Positions 1-8,179 of a stretch of DNA of 64,000 nucleotides are shown here, in pieces. The translations under genes were made by a program, and so were the position numbers. The stretch spans positions 52,734-116,733 of the forward strand of contig JAFWAE010000026.1 in NCBI GenBank assembly GCA_017507855.1, written 5' to 3'. Under the pieces are notes generated by a model. That model was not told where the DNA came from, did no database searches, and saw only the letters and a program-made list of their open reading frames with translations. Positions within the stretch are counted from its first letter, which is position 1. Every line of letters starts with the position of its first letter. This DNA is from Clostridia bacterium (GTDB taxonomy: Bacteria; Bacillota; Clostridia; Oscillospirales; RGIG5554).

Positions 1-44
1 TGGCGGCAGATGAACTGTTGGCCAAGCTGAATAATTTGAGCTGA
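1..44 (+). CDS. 3' end of an unidentified CDS (partial, ...AADELLAKLNNLS*)
   Basis: Open frame from the window edge to TGA at 42-44, followed by hairpins; too short to identify. Confidence 0.4.
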   Translation, partial: AADELLAKLNNLS

Positions 45-150
45 TCGGCTTTCTTTAGAAAAGCGCCGCCCCTGTGAGGGAGCGTGACAAACGGCAGACA
101 TGGCTGTACAAGCGGCGGTGTCTGCCGTTTTTACGTGCTTTTCTCCAAAG

Positions 151-180
151 AAAAATGCCTGCCGCGGCAGCGGCAGGCAT
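151..180 (-). terminator. Rho-independent terminator of the HPr-like gene
   Basis: ATGCCTGCCGC-ggca-GCGGCAGGCAT hairpin preceded by an A-run (U-tail on the minus strand). Confidence 0.7.
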
Positions 181-198
181 AGACTTGGCAGCAAAAGC

Positions 199-432
199 TT
201 AGACGATATAGTCCTTGATCTCGGCAAAGAACTGATCGCACTCGGCATCGTCACCGTAGGCGGTTACCTGAATGGGGTTGAGCAGGTCCAGGCTGAAAAT
301 GCCCATGATGGACTTGGCGTCCACCACGTAGCGGTTGCTGGACAGGTCGATCTCCATGGTGTACTTGGCCACGATGTTGACGAAATTGCGCACATCCGCA
401 ATGGAAGAAAGCTTCATGTTGACGTTTTTCAT
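199..432 (-). CDS. HPr-family phosphocarrier-like protein lacking His15
   Basis: 77 aa; VDAKSIMG Ser46 motif present; no N-terminal GLHARP; RBS AGGAGG. Confidence 0.85.
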   Translation of the reverse strand: MKNVNMKLSSIADVRNFVNIVAKYTMEIDLSSNRYVVDAKSIMGIFSLDLLNPIQVTAYGDDAECDQFFAEIKDYIV

Positions 433-467
433 GGTTTTTGCCTCCTGAAATAGATTTTTATAAAAAT

Positions 468-496
468 ATTATATCCGTGTTTGGGCGCTTTGTCAA
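468..496 (-). promoter_or_regulatory. sigA promoter of the HPr-like gene
   Basis: Exact TTGACA-17 bp-TATAAT on the minus strand. Confidence 0.8.
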
Positions 497-525
497 CCGC
501 CGCAAAAATTTTTTGCGGTGTTTTT

Positions 526-1407
526 TTACGGGGAGACCAGCAAACGCCCCAATTCGGAATCGGCGTTTAAGATCACGGTCTTTTCCGTGCCGGTCAGGGA
601 GGCCTTCAGCGCATCCAGGGCCATGATGAATTCGTAGAAATCCTGCTGGTCCTCCGTGGCGTAGGCTTCCGCCAGCATTTGCATGTAGGCGCTTTCACCC
701 TCGGCCTCCAGCTTGGCGGCTTGGGCTTGGGCGTTGGAGATGAGGATGTTGACCTGCTTATCTACCTCGTTGCGCAGAATGGAGGCTTCCTTGTTGCCGT
801 CGGCGGTGTATTTTTCCGCGATCTGGTTACGGTCGGAGATCATGCGGTTGTATACGGCCTGCTCGTTATCGGCGGGCAGATCCAGGCGCTTGACCTTTAC
901 GTCCAACACGTCGATGCCGTAGGTCTTGGCCAAAGCGGATACTTCGGTGGTGATGCTGGCGTAAATGTCGTTGCGCTCGGAAGCATCGTCCTGGTTGATG
1001 ATGTCGTTTTGCTCCAGCGTGCCCATCAGATTTTTCAGGGCCGTATAGGTCAGCGCATCCAGGCGGTTTTCCGCTTCGTTCAGGCTGCCCAGGGTCTGGT
1101 AGAACACCTGCGGATCTCGGATCTGCCAGATCAGATAGCTGTCCACGGTCATGTTCTTTTTGTCGGCTGTGAGCACTTCACTCTCGGGAATGTCGTAAAG
1201 CAGAGTGGTGCGGGGGAAGGTCATGACGCTGTCCACAAAGGGAAGCTTGAAATGCAGGCCGGGCTGGTCCTGCACCGATTCGATCTTGGAAAAGCGGAGC
1301 ACGGCGGCGTATTCATTTTCGGCCACGGTATAGAAGCAGCCGCTGAGGATGATCACGGCGGCCAGGGCCACTACGCCGATGATGATCCAGGTCAGATTCT
1401 TTTTCAC
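526..1407 (-). CDS. hflC: FtsH protease modulator HflC
   Basis: N-terminal TM helix, SPFH domain (PGLHFKLPF, DKKNMTVD, VKRLDLP); follows hflK. Confidence 0.92.
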   Translation of the reverse strand: MKKNLTWIIIGVVALAAVIILSGCFYTVAENEYAAVLRFSKIESVQDQPGLHFKLPFVDSVMTFPRTTLLYDIPESEVLTADKKNMTVDSYLIWQIRDPQVFYQTLGSLNEAENRLDALTYTALKNLMGTLEQNDIINQDDASERNDIYASITTEVSALAKTYGIDVLDVKVKRLDLPADNEQAVYNRMISDRNQIAEKYTADGNKEASILRNEVDKQVNILISNAQAQAAKLEAEGESAYMQMLAEAYATEDQQDFYEFIMALDALKASLTGTEKTVILNADSELGRLLVSP

Positions 1408-1409
1408 GG

Positions 1410-2393
1410 TTATTGACCCTCCTTCTGTGCGGAAAAGCTTTCCAGGGGCAGCAGTTTGCTGACCCCGTTTTCCGTGGTGTCGATATACAGCTTTACGTTG
1501 GGCAGCACCGCCGTCATGGCCTCGTAGTACATCCGCGTGCGGGTCATGCCGGGATTGCGGGCGTATTGCTCGTACATGGCGGTGAACAGGGCCACCTGGC
1601 GGGTCGCTTCGTTGATGCGGTTCTGCTTCAGGTATTCGGCGTTTTGGATCAGCTTATCCGCCTCGGCCTGGGCACGGGGAAGCTGGGCGTTTTGATAGGC
1701 TTTGGCTTCGTTGATGGCGGTCTCGGCGTATTGCTTGGCCGTTTCTACGGCTTTAAACGCCTCGATGACGCTTTCCGTGGGGGGCTCACTGTCCTGGATC
1801 TTCACGTCCGTCAGCATCAGGCCGATATCGTAATCGGTCAGCACCTCGGCCACAAGCTCCTTGACTTTTTGTTGGATCTCGGCCTTGCCGTCGGTCAGCA
1901 CGCTGTCTACCGTGCTGGAGCCCACTACGTTGCGGATCTGGCTTTGCACCAGATTTTTAAAGATCAGCTCCGGCTGGCGGGAGGCGTACAGGTATTTCAC
2001 GGGGTCAGATACCTTGTATTCAATAAAGAAATCCACACTGACGATATTGTAGTCGCCGGTGATCATTTTGCTTTCCTTTTCCACCACGGAATAGGAGGAG
2101 CCGTCTGCGGAGTCGGTGCGGTAGCCCAGCTCAATCTTTTGGTATACGTTGACGTCCACCTTTTGCACCTGTTGGATGCCGAAGGGGAGCTTAAAATGCA
2201 TGCCTGCACCGGCAGTCCCCGTGACCTTGCCGAAGGTGGTGATCACAGCTTGTTGCTTTTCGTTGACCGTGTACCAGCAGGTGCTTGCCAGGATCACGGC
2301 CAACAGGATCACGGCCGTGGCCAGCACGATCTTTTTGATCTTGTCGGCATTCGGGTCGATGCGGATGGGACGGGAATGTGGGTTAAAACCCAT
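1410..2393 (-). CDS. hflK: FtsH protease modulator HflK
   Basis: TM helix plus SPFH domain; MITGDYNIV, NEAKAY..LPRA and TRTRMYYE motifs. Confidence 0.92.
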   Translation of the reverse strand: MGFNPHSRPIRIDPNADKIKKIVLATAVILLAVILASTCWYTVNEKQQAVITTFGKVTGTAGAGMHFKLPFGIQQVQKVDVNVYQKIELGYRTDSADGSSYSVVEKESKMITGDYNIVSVDFFIEYKVSDPVKYLYASRQPELIFKNLVQSQIRNVVGSSTVDSVLTDGKAEIQQKVKELVAEVLTDYDIGLMLTDVKIQDSEPPTESVIEAFKAVETAKQYAETAINEAKAYQNAQLPRAQAEADKLIQNAEYLKQNRINEATRQVALFTAMYEQYARNPGMTRTRMYYEAMTAVLPNVKLYIDTTENGVSKLLPLESFSAQKEGQ

Positions 2394-2421
2394 GGTGACC
2401 TCTTCTTTCTTCAGTAAATTT

Positions 2422-2715
2422 TTATGCCAGGCGTACGTCCACGGCCACGCTGGCCAGGCGCACGCGATGCATGTAGGGTTTTACGGTGCCTGCGTGATAG
2501 GGGTCCTGCTGGTAGGCCTCCAAAGCGGCCTCATCCTCCAACAGCACCTCCAAGATCACGTCGTAGGAGCGTTCGGAATGCAAAAAGTCAATTCCTACGG
2601 AAAGGCCGCGCAGCTGGGGGACCTTTCCTTCCATGGAAAGAAGCATGTTTTTGGCTTCCTCGCAGGCGGCGGGGCTGTTGTCCCGCAGTTTAAAACAGAC
2701 GATGTGCTTGATCAT
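2422..2715 (-). CDS. Dabb family (stress-responsive A/B barrel) protein
   Basis: MIKHIVCFK...YD...LEAYQQDPYH pattern, 97 aa. Confidence 0.85.
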   Translation of the reverse strand: MIKHIVCFKLRDNSPAACEEAKNMLLSMEGKVPQLRGLSVGIDFLHSERSYDVILEVLLEDEAALEAYQQDPYHAGTVKPYMHRVRLASVAVDVRLA

Positions 2716-3506
2716 GAAAGAGCCTCCTCAAGATAATGAATAAAACGGGATTGAGACGTGCCCGGAAACACGATAAAACGGCCGATCTGCATGGGATCTC
2801 CCTGAAGGGAGGCGTACCCCTGCTTGGTGGTAAAGGCTGCACGTACGCCGTGTTGCGGCAACACGGTAAGGGTGTTTTCATTGAAAGCGCCGTAGGGATA
2901 GGCGTATAGGGTGTTGGCGGTACAAAAGGCCAAATTGGCTTGGGTGTCTTCAGCCAGCGAGACAGCCGTTTGGGAAAGCATCAAGGGTTGGCCGTCGGCA
3001 TCCGTGGCATGCAGGGCGTAGGAATGGCTGTGGAACTCAAATACGTCCGTGTAGTCGCGCATGCTTTCGGGATCCATCATCTGCAGCTCGTCCCCATCCC
3101 AGGGGGCGGGCTGTTGCGCCAGTAAGGTCCCGCTGACGAAAATGACGGCGGTGTAGCCGTATTGGCGCAGCACCGGGGCGGCGTAGCGAAGGTTGCTGGC
3201 GTAGCCGTCATCAAAGGTGATGAGCACACTTTTTTTGGGCAGAGCCTTTCCCTCATACAAAAAATCGATCAGTTCTCGGGAGGAAACAGTCTGCCATCCG
3301 TTGTCGTGCAGCCATTTCATTTGCCATTCGAATTCGTCGGTGGAGATCACGGAACCGTTTTCCCGATACAGCCTGTTTTCCTCTTCTGTCAGCAGGTGAT
3401 GGTACAGTAAAACGGGCACCTTTTGTTGAAGAGAAGGAGGTTGATCAACACAACCTGCTCCCAAACAAAGAAGTGCGGTAAGAACCAAAGCCAAAGCGGT
3501 TTTCAA
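2712..3506 (-). CDS. Polysaccharide deacetylase (CE4/NodB), probable lipoprotein
   Basis: VPVLLYHH, LITFDDGY, HSHSY and AYPYG motifs; signal peptide with lipobox-like GAGC. Confidence 0.9.
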   Translation of the reverse strand: MKTALALVLTALLCLGAGCVDQPPSLQQKVPVLLYHHLLTEEENRLYRENGSVISTDEFEWQMKWLHDNGWQTVSSRELIDFLYEGKALPKKSVLITFDDGYASNLRYAAPVLRQYGYTAVIFVSGTLLAQQPAPWDGDELQMMDPESMRDYTDVFEFHSHSYALHATDADGQPLMLSQTAVSLAEDTQANLAFCTANTLYAYPYGAFNENTLTVLPQHGVRAAFTTKQGYASLQGDPMQIGRFIVFPGTSQSRFIHYLEEALS

Positions 3507-3543
3507 GGTTTTTCTCCTTTTGCATCATATACGTGAGATTGTG

Positions 3544-5448
3544 TCAGTCAGCCACGATCTCCAAATTGTCCAAGAACAGTTCGGCGCCGTCTTCGCCGAA
3601 GAGTACGATCCTCCAAGCGCCCACCTGACTCCAATCCGTGATGGGGGAGATATAGTCGATGCCTTCGTCAAAGGATACGGCTAATTCATTCCAACCCTCC
3701 TGTAAGCCTCCGGGAAAGTCTGCCATCCACGAATGAGAGACGGCCATCACGTCTAAGCTATCGGCAAACATAATGTAGCCGGCGCGGTCGGAGGCGGCGG
3801 AAGAATATACCTGCAAACGAATGGTGGCACCGGACTCCTTAGCGGCCTTCAGATCCAGCTTTTTGCCGTTTTCATAGCCGGCGTAGGCAATGGCGTATTG
3901 GCCCTGCACCTGCAGATAGCCGGACTTGCCCTCCTTGGCGTAGGAGGAGTCGGCGGAGGTGCCGGCCTCGCCGTTATCAAAGCCCGTAATGCGCATCAGG
4001 ACGTTCTCAGGCAGGGTTACAGGTTGGGGTTGGGAGGTTTGGGGCCCCTTGGGAAGCATCATTTCGATACGTTGGCGGACCTTGCTCATAAAGGCGCGGG
4101 GGGATTCAGGCAGGTCATAGACGAGCTCCTTGGTGGTGCGCACCGTCAGCGTTTCGAAGGCGGCCATGGCTTCCTTAGCGTCCTTCAGCGTAGTCTCAAA
4201 CAGGGGCAGGCGCTCCTGTTCGGGGAGCTTTTGATGCCAGTTGGCGTCGTTTTCCAGGAATTTGAAGATCTCCGTCAGCTTGTCCACTCCGTCCTCGGTG
4301 ACCAGGTACGAGGCGTATTCCCGCAGCACGGCCTCGGGAGTGAGGGTGGCGTCGTGAGCAAAGCGGGCAAAGGCGTACAGGTTGATGGCGTTGTTGAGGG
4401 TGGAGTTACCGGCAATGACGCCCGTCATTTCGATGGCGCGCATGGCATCGATGTATTTTTTGATATAGCGGGTGTTGAAATTGGGAAGCTCCGTGCGAGA
4501 AGAGCCGGCGGAGTCGCCGTCGTCCAGCTCATCCAGCAGGAAGTGGCTGAAGCCCCAAATACGGGAGGCGCCGTTCTGCTTGGCCAAGGCCACATCCTGG
4601 GCGTTGGGGAAGTAGGATTCGGGCTTTTTCCCTGTTTCGTAGTACAGGCGCAGGGCCAGGGCGCGGTAATAGTCGTGGCCGGGGATCTCGATGCCGATCT
4701 CGGGACCGATGAAATCTTTCATGGCCAGCATCTGGCGGCCCAAGGTGCCCTCGGAGATCCAAAAGTTCACGCTGAAGGGGTTTGCAACCTTTTGAACGTA
4801 TTGCGAAACGGCCCAGATATTGGCGTTGAATTTCGCGTTGGGGGCGTGTTTTTTCACCAGATCGTACACATCCAGCACCATATCTGTGTAATATTCCAGG
4901 CCGCCCTGAGTAGGCAGGCCACTTACTCCGCCGGGGTCGCCGGCAAAAAGGGAGAAGCCGTCGGCCATATTCCAGACCTCCAGATTTTCCTCGATAAAAG
5001 TCAAGCGTTGGGCCATTTTTTCCGTATTGGCGGGATTGAACACGGTGCCCGAACCGTTGGAGGTATAGTCGGAGGGGCCCATGTGCTGTTCCAGGTTGGT
5101 CAAAAAGATGACGTATACTTTCAAGCCGTGAAGCTGGGCCATCTCGATCTCCTTTTTCATTTCCTGGCGGTAATTGTCCAGGGGAGCGCCGGGCTTGAAG
5201 AACCAGCCGATATCCAGCAGCTCAATGGTGTCAATGCCGCTGGCCTTCCAGAATTTGATCTGGGAAGGGGTAATATTCCGATAAGCGTAATAGCCCACTG
5301 TGTCAAAGCCGTCGCCGGAGGTGGCGGGAACCGTCGCGGGGGTCGTGGCAGGTTCGGTAGCGGGGGTCGTGGTGGCGGGCTCTACACAAGAGGCGAAGCT
5401 GATGAGCAGAGCGCAGGCTGCAAGCAGGGCGATCAGTTTGCTTTTCAT
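3544..5448 (-). CDS. Hypothetical lipoprotein with putative glycoside-hydrolase-like barrel and C-terminal beta-sandwich
   Basis: Lipobox FASC, Thr/Pro linker, about 418-aa core shared with the next gene, C-terminal GWNEL/LFLDNL beta-rich domain. Confidence 0.75.
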   Translation of the reverse strand: MKSKLIALLAACALLISFASCVEPATTTPATEPATTPATVPATSGDGFDTVGYYAYRNITPSQIKFWKASGIDTIELLDIGWFFKPGAPLDNYRQEMKKEIEMAQLHGLKVYVIFLTNLEQHMGPSDYTSNGSGTVFNPANTEKMAQRLTFIEENLEVWNMADGFSLFAGDPGGVSGLPTQGGLEYYTDMVLDVYDLVKKHAPNAKFNANIWAVSQYVQKVANPFSVNFWISEGTLGRQMLAMKDFIGPEIGIEIPGHDYYRALALRLYYETGKKPESYFPNAQDVALAKQNGASRIWGFSHFLLDELDDGDSAGSSRTELPNFNTRYIKKYIDAMRAIEMTGVIAGNSTLNNAINLYAFARFAHDATLTPEAVLREYASYLVTEDGVDKLTEIFKFLENDANWHQKLPEQERLPLFETTLKDAKEAMAAFETLTVRTTKELVYDLPESPRAFMSKVRQRIEMMLPKGPQTSQPQPVTLPENVLMRITGFDNGEAGTSADSSYAKEGKSGYLQVQGQYAIAYAGYENGKKLDLKAAKESGATIRLQVYSSAASDRAGYIMFADSLDVMAVSHSWMADFPGGLQEGWNELAVSFDEGIDYISPITDWSQVGAWRIVLFGEDGAELFLDNLEIVAD

Positions 5449-6742
5449 AGGGGGAAAACACTCCTTTTTCAGACAGATTTGCTCATTTGAGCATCATTTC
5501 AATGCGTTGGCGGACCTTGGTCATAAAGGCGCGGGGGGATTCGGGCAGATCGTAGATCAGCTCCTTGGTGGTGCGCACCGTCAGGCTGTCGAAGGCATCC
5601 AAGGCGGCTTGGGCATCCTTCAGGGAGGTTTCAAACAGGGGGATGCGCTCCTCCTCGGGGAGCTTTTGATGCCAGTTGGCGTCGTTTTCCAAGAATTTGA
5701 AGATCTCCGTCAGCTTGTCCACCCCGTCCTCCGTGACCAAATAGGAGGCGTATTCTCGCAGGACGTCCTCGGGGGAGAGGGTAGCATCGTGGGCAAAGCG
5801 GGCAAAGGCATACAGGTTGACGGCGTTGTTGGTTGTGGAGTTCCCGGCGATCGCTCCTGTCATTTCGATGGAGCGCATCGTATCGATATATTTTTTGATA
5901 TAGCGGGTGTTGAAATTGGGAAGCTCCGTGCGGGAGGAGCCGGCGGAGTCGCCGTCATCCAGCTCATCCAGCAGAAAATGGCTGAATGCCCAAACGCGGG
6001 TAGTTCCGTTTTGTTTGGCCAACGCCACGTCCTGAGCGTTGGGGAAGTAGGATTCGGGCTTTTTCCCCGTTTTATAATACAGGCGCAGGGCCAGGGCACG
6101 GTAATAGTCGTGGCCGGGGATCTCGATGCCGATCTCGGGGCCGATGAAGTTTTCCATAGCCAAGATCTGGCGGCCCAGCGTGCCTTCGGAAAGCCAGAAA
6201 TTGACGTTAAAAGGGTCGGCCGTCTTTTGAATAAATTGGGAAACGGCCCAGATGTTGGCGTTGAATTCGGCTTGGGGAGCGTGTTTTTTTACCATGGCGT
6301 GGACCTTGAGCACCATGTCGGTGTAATAGTCCAAAGAGCCTTGGTTGCGCAGGCCGCCCACACCGCCGGGGTCACCGGCAAAAAGGGAGAAGCCGTCGGC
6401 ATGGCTCCAGGCCTGCAAATTGGCTTCGATATGACCCAAACGCTCAGCCATTTTGGCCTCGTCGGCGGGATCGAACACGGTGCCGGAGCCGTTGGAGGTG
6501 ATATCCTCGGGGCCCATGTGCTGTTCCAGGTTGGTCAAAAAGATGACGTACACCTTAATGCCGTAGCCCTTGGCCAGGGAGATTTGCTGGCGCATACGTT
6601 CGCGGTAATTGTCCAGAGGAGCTCCGGGCTTGAAATACCAGCCGATATCCAGCAGCTCGATGGTGTCGATGCCGCTGGCACGCCAGAATTTCAGAGATCT
6701 GTGGTCGATGTTTTGAAACGCATAGTAACCCACAGTGTCAAA
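4054..6742. repeat. Tandem gene duplication: 4054-5307 and 5489-6742
   Basis: Both ends of the shared core are offset by exactly 1435 bp; long identical nucleotide runs. Confidence 0.9.
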
Positions 6743-6841
6743 GGTGTGGGTGGGCTTGGCGGGCTTTTTTTCACAGGAGGTCAGGGCGGGCGTGATGACA
6801 GAGGCCAACGCCAAGGCTAAGGCCAGATGGCTGAGTTTCAT
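5483..6841 (-). CDS. Hypothetical lipoprotein, paralogue of 3544-5448 (core domain only)
   Basis: ATG 6841 with AAAGGAG RBS; lipobox LTSC; near-identical core sequence. Confidence 0.78.
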   Translation of the reverse strand: MKLSHLALALALASVITPALTSCEKKPAKPTHTFDTVGYYAFQNIDHRSLKFWRASGIDTIELLDIGWYFKPGAPLDNYRERMRQQISLAKGYGIKVYVIFLTNLEQHMGPEDITSNGSGTVFDPADEAKMAERLGHIEANLQAWSHADGFSLFAGDPGGVGGLRNQGSLDYYTDMVLKVHAMVKKHAPQAEFNANIWAVSQFIQKTADPFNVNFWLSEGTLGRQILAMENFIGPEIGIEIPGHDYYRALALRLYYKTGKKPESYFPNAQDVALAKQNGTTRVWAFSHFLLDELDDGDSAGSSRTELPNFNTRYIKKYIDTMRSIEMTGAIAGNSTTNNAVNLYAFARFAHDATLSPEDVLREYASYLVTEDGVDKLTEIFKFLENDANWHQKLPEEERIPLFETSLKDAQAALDAFDSLTVRTTKELIYDLPESPRAFMTKVRQRIEMMLK

Positions 6842-6957
6842 CGTATATATCTCCTTTGCTTTTGTGATGGGTCGGTTTGTAAAAATCATATCACAAATGC
6901 AGGTGTTTGGCTATGGACGATTTTCATATACCAGCACGATTTTCATTTTTCTCTTAA

Positions 6958-6986
6958 ATTATAGCCTGCCAAAATAAAAAAGTCAA
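6958..6986 (-). promoter_or_regulatory. sigA promoter for the lipoprotein pair
   Basis: TTGACT-17 bp-TATAAT. Confidence 0.7.
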
Positions 6987-7032
6987 GAACGTGGGAACTC
7001 CGTTTTGTATTTTTGCATAGGCCAAAACATCA

Positions 7033-7061
7033 TTGACAGCGGCAGTGCCTTGTTATATAAT
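7033..7061 (+). promoter_or_regulatory. sigA promoter for the GHL10-like gene
   Basis: Exact TTGACA-17 bp-TATAAT. Confidence 0.8.
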
Positions 7062-7094
7062 ATTTCATTAAGGAAGAAAAAACAAAAGGGGAAG

Positions 7095-8135
7095 ATGAAG
7101 ATGCATCGGCGCATGTACGGATACGGCGGGGATATGGAAAAGGCAATTCCTCTTTTTCGAGGCGGTCGTATTGAGGCCGTTACTGCCCCCTATGACCCCC
7201 TGGCCGCACGCATAGCAACGGAAAACGGCATGGCATTTTATGCCTGTACCGCGGCTATGGAAGGAAACGGACCGAAGGACTGTTGCATCGACGCATGGGG
7301 AGCTGCCGTGGATTCGCCCTGCCCCAACGCGCCGGGGTTGCTTGCCAAAAACGTGCAGCGCATCGTTTCCTTGGCCACTGCGGATCACGTAAAGGGTGTA
7401 ACGCTGGATTATTGCCGATACCCGTCCCCCGCTGCCGCTTCCGCCTGTGCGGGGATGACGGTGTGCTTTTGCTCGGCCTGCTGTGCCAAAATGGAGCAGG
7501 AGGGGATGGATGTGGAGGCCATGCGGCGAGCTGTGGGCAAATGGCCTGCCTGGGAAGAGACGGATCTGCCCTTGTTGCGCCGCTTTCTCAGATTTCGTGC
7601 CAAAAGCGTGACGGCGTACGTGAAAGCGCTGTACGACGGGGTGAAGGCTGCAGACCGGGAGAAGGAATTGGGAGCCTATGTATTTGCCCCAAGCTTGGCG
7701 CCGTTGGTGGGACAGAGCTACGCGTCGTTGGCTGGATGTACGGATTTTTTGTCACCCATGCTGTACCGCTATTACCGCCATCCCGTGGGGATCGCCTGCT
7801 TGGATCACGAGTTGGGGGCTCTGCAAAAAATGAGGGAGGAGCTGACGGAGCTTCAGCAAAGTAAGGCAGCACGCACGCTTTGCGCCCTGACGGGGATCGA
7901 CGGGATCCCTTCGGAGAAGGAATTGAAAGAAAAGGGCCTGCCCATGAAGATGCTGTGGAAAGAGTTGATGGAGGCTCGCCGCCAAACGGAGGGGCGGGTG
8001 CTTATCCCGATTATTCTGCTGGAGGATCCTCGTTTTTTGGAGGTTTCCGACGCGGTGCGCATTTTTGATACGGACGGGGTGGATTTCTTCCTGTTTGCCC
8101 GAGAATATTTTGAAAAGCTGGACGTGTTTCAGTAA
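7095..8135 (+). CDS. Glycosyl hydrolase-like (GHL10/DUF187-like) TIM-barrel protein
   Basis: GVTLDYCRYP, CFCxxC, GQSY and DFLSPMLY motifs; start placed downstream of the promoter; no signal peptide. Confidence 0.6.
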   Translation: MKMHRRMYGYGGDMEKAIPLFRGGRIEAVTAPYDPLAARIATENGMAFYACTAAMEGNGPKDCCIDAWGAAVDSPCPNAPGLLAKNVQRIVSLATADHVKGVTLDYCRYPSPAAASACAGMTVCFCSACCAKMEQEGMDVEAMRRAVGKWPAWEETDLPLLRRFLRFRAKSVTAYVKALYDGVKAADREKELGAYVFAPSLAPLVGQSYASLAGCTDFLSPMLYRYYRHPVGIACLDHELGALQKMREELTELQQSKAARTLCALTGIDGIPSEKELKEKGLPMKMLWKELMEARRQTEGRVLIPIILLEDPRFLEVSDAVRIFDTDGVDFFLFAREYFEKLDVFQ

Positions 8136-8173
8136 ACAAAAAACAGCCGGAAATTTTCCGGCTGTTTTTGTTT
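8134..8173. terminator. Bidirectional terminator between convergent genes
   Basis: AAAAACAGCCGGAAA/TTTCCGGCTGTTTTT inverted repeat. Confidence 0.85.
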
Positions 8174-8179
8174 GGCGGT

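Noticed and set aside
57-144. Hammerhead ribozyme or T-box reading of the intergenic structure
   Set aside because: No CUGANGA/GAAA core and no T-box UGGNACC motif on either strand.
5320-5380. PAT(T) repeats in the lipoprotein, and Ala/Pro repeats in E2 (about 52820-52920)
   Set aside because: Ordinary flexible linkers.
8149-8159. GGAAATTTTCC copy matching the candidate LacI operator
   Set aside because: It is the apex of a bidirectional terminator between convergent genes, not a promoter site.
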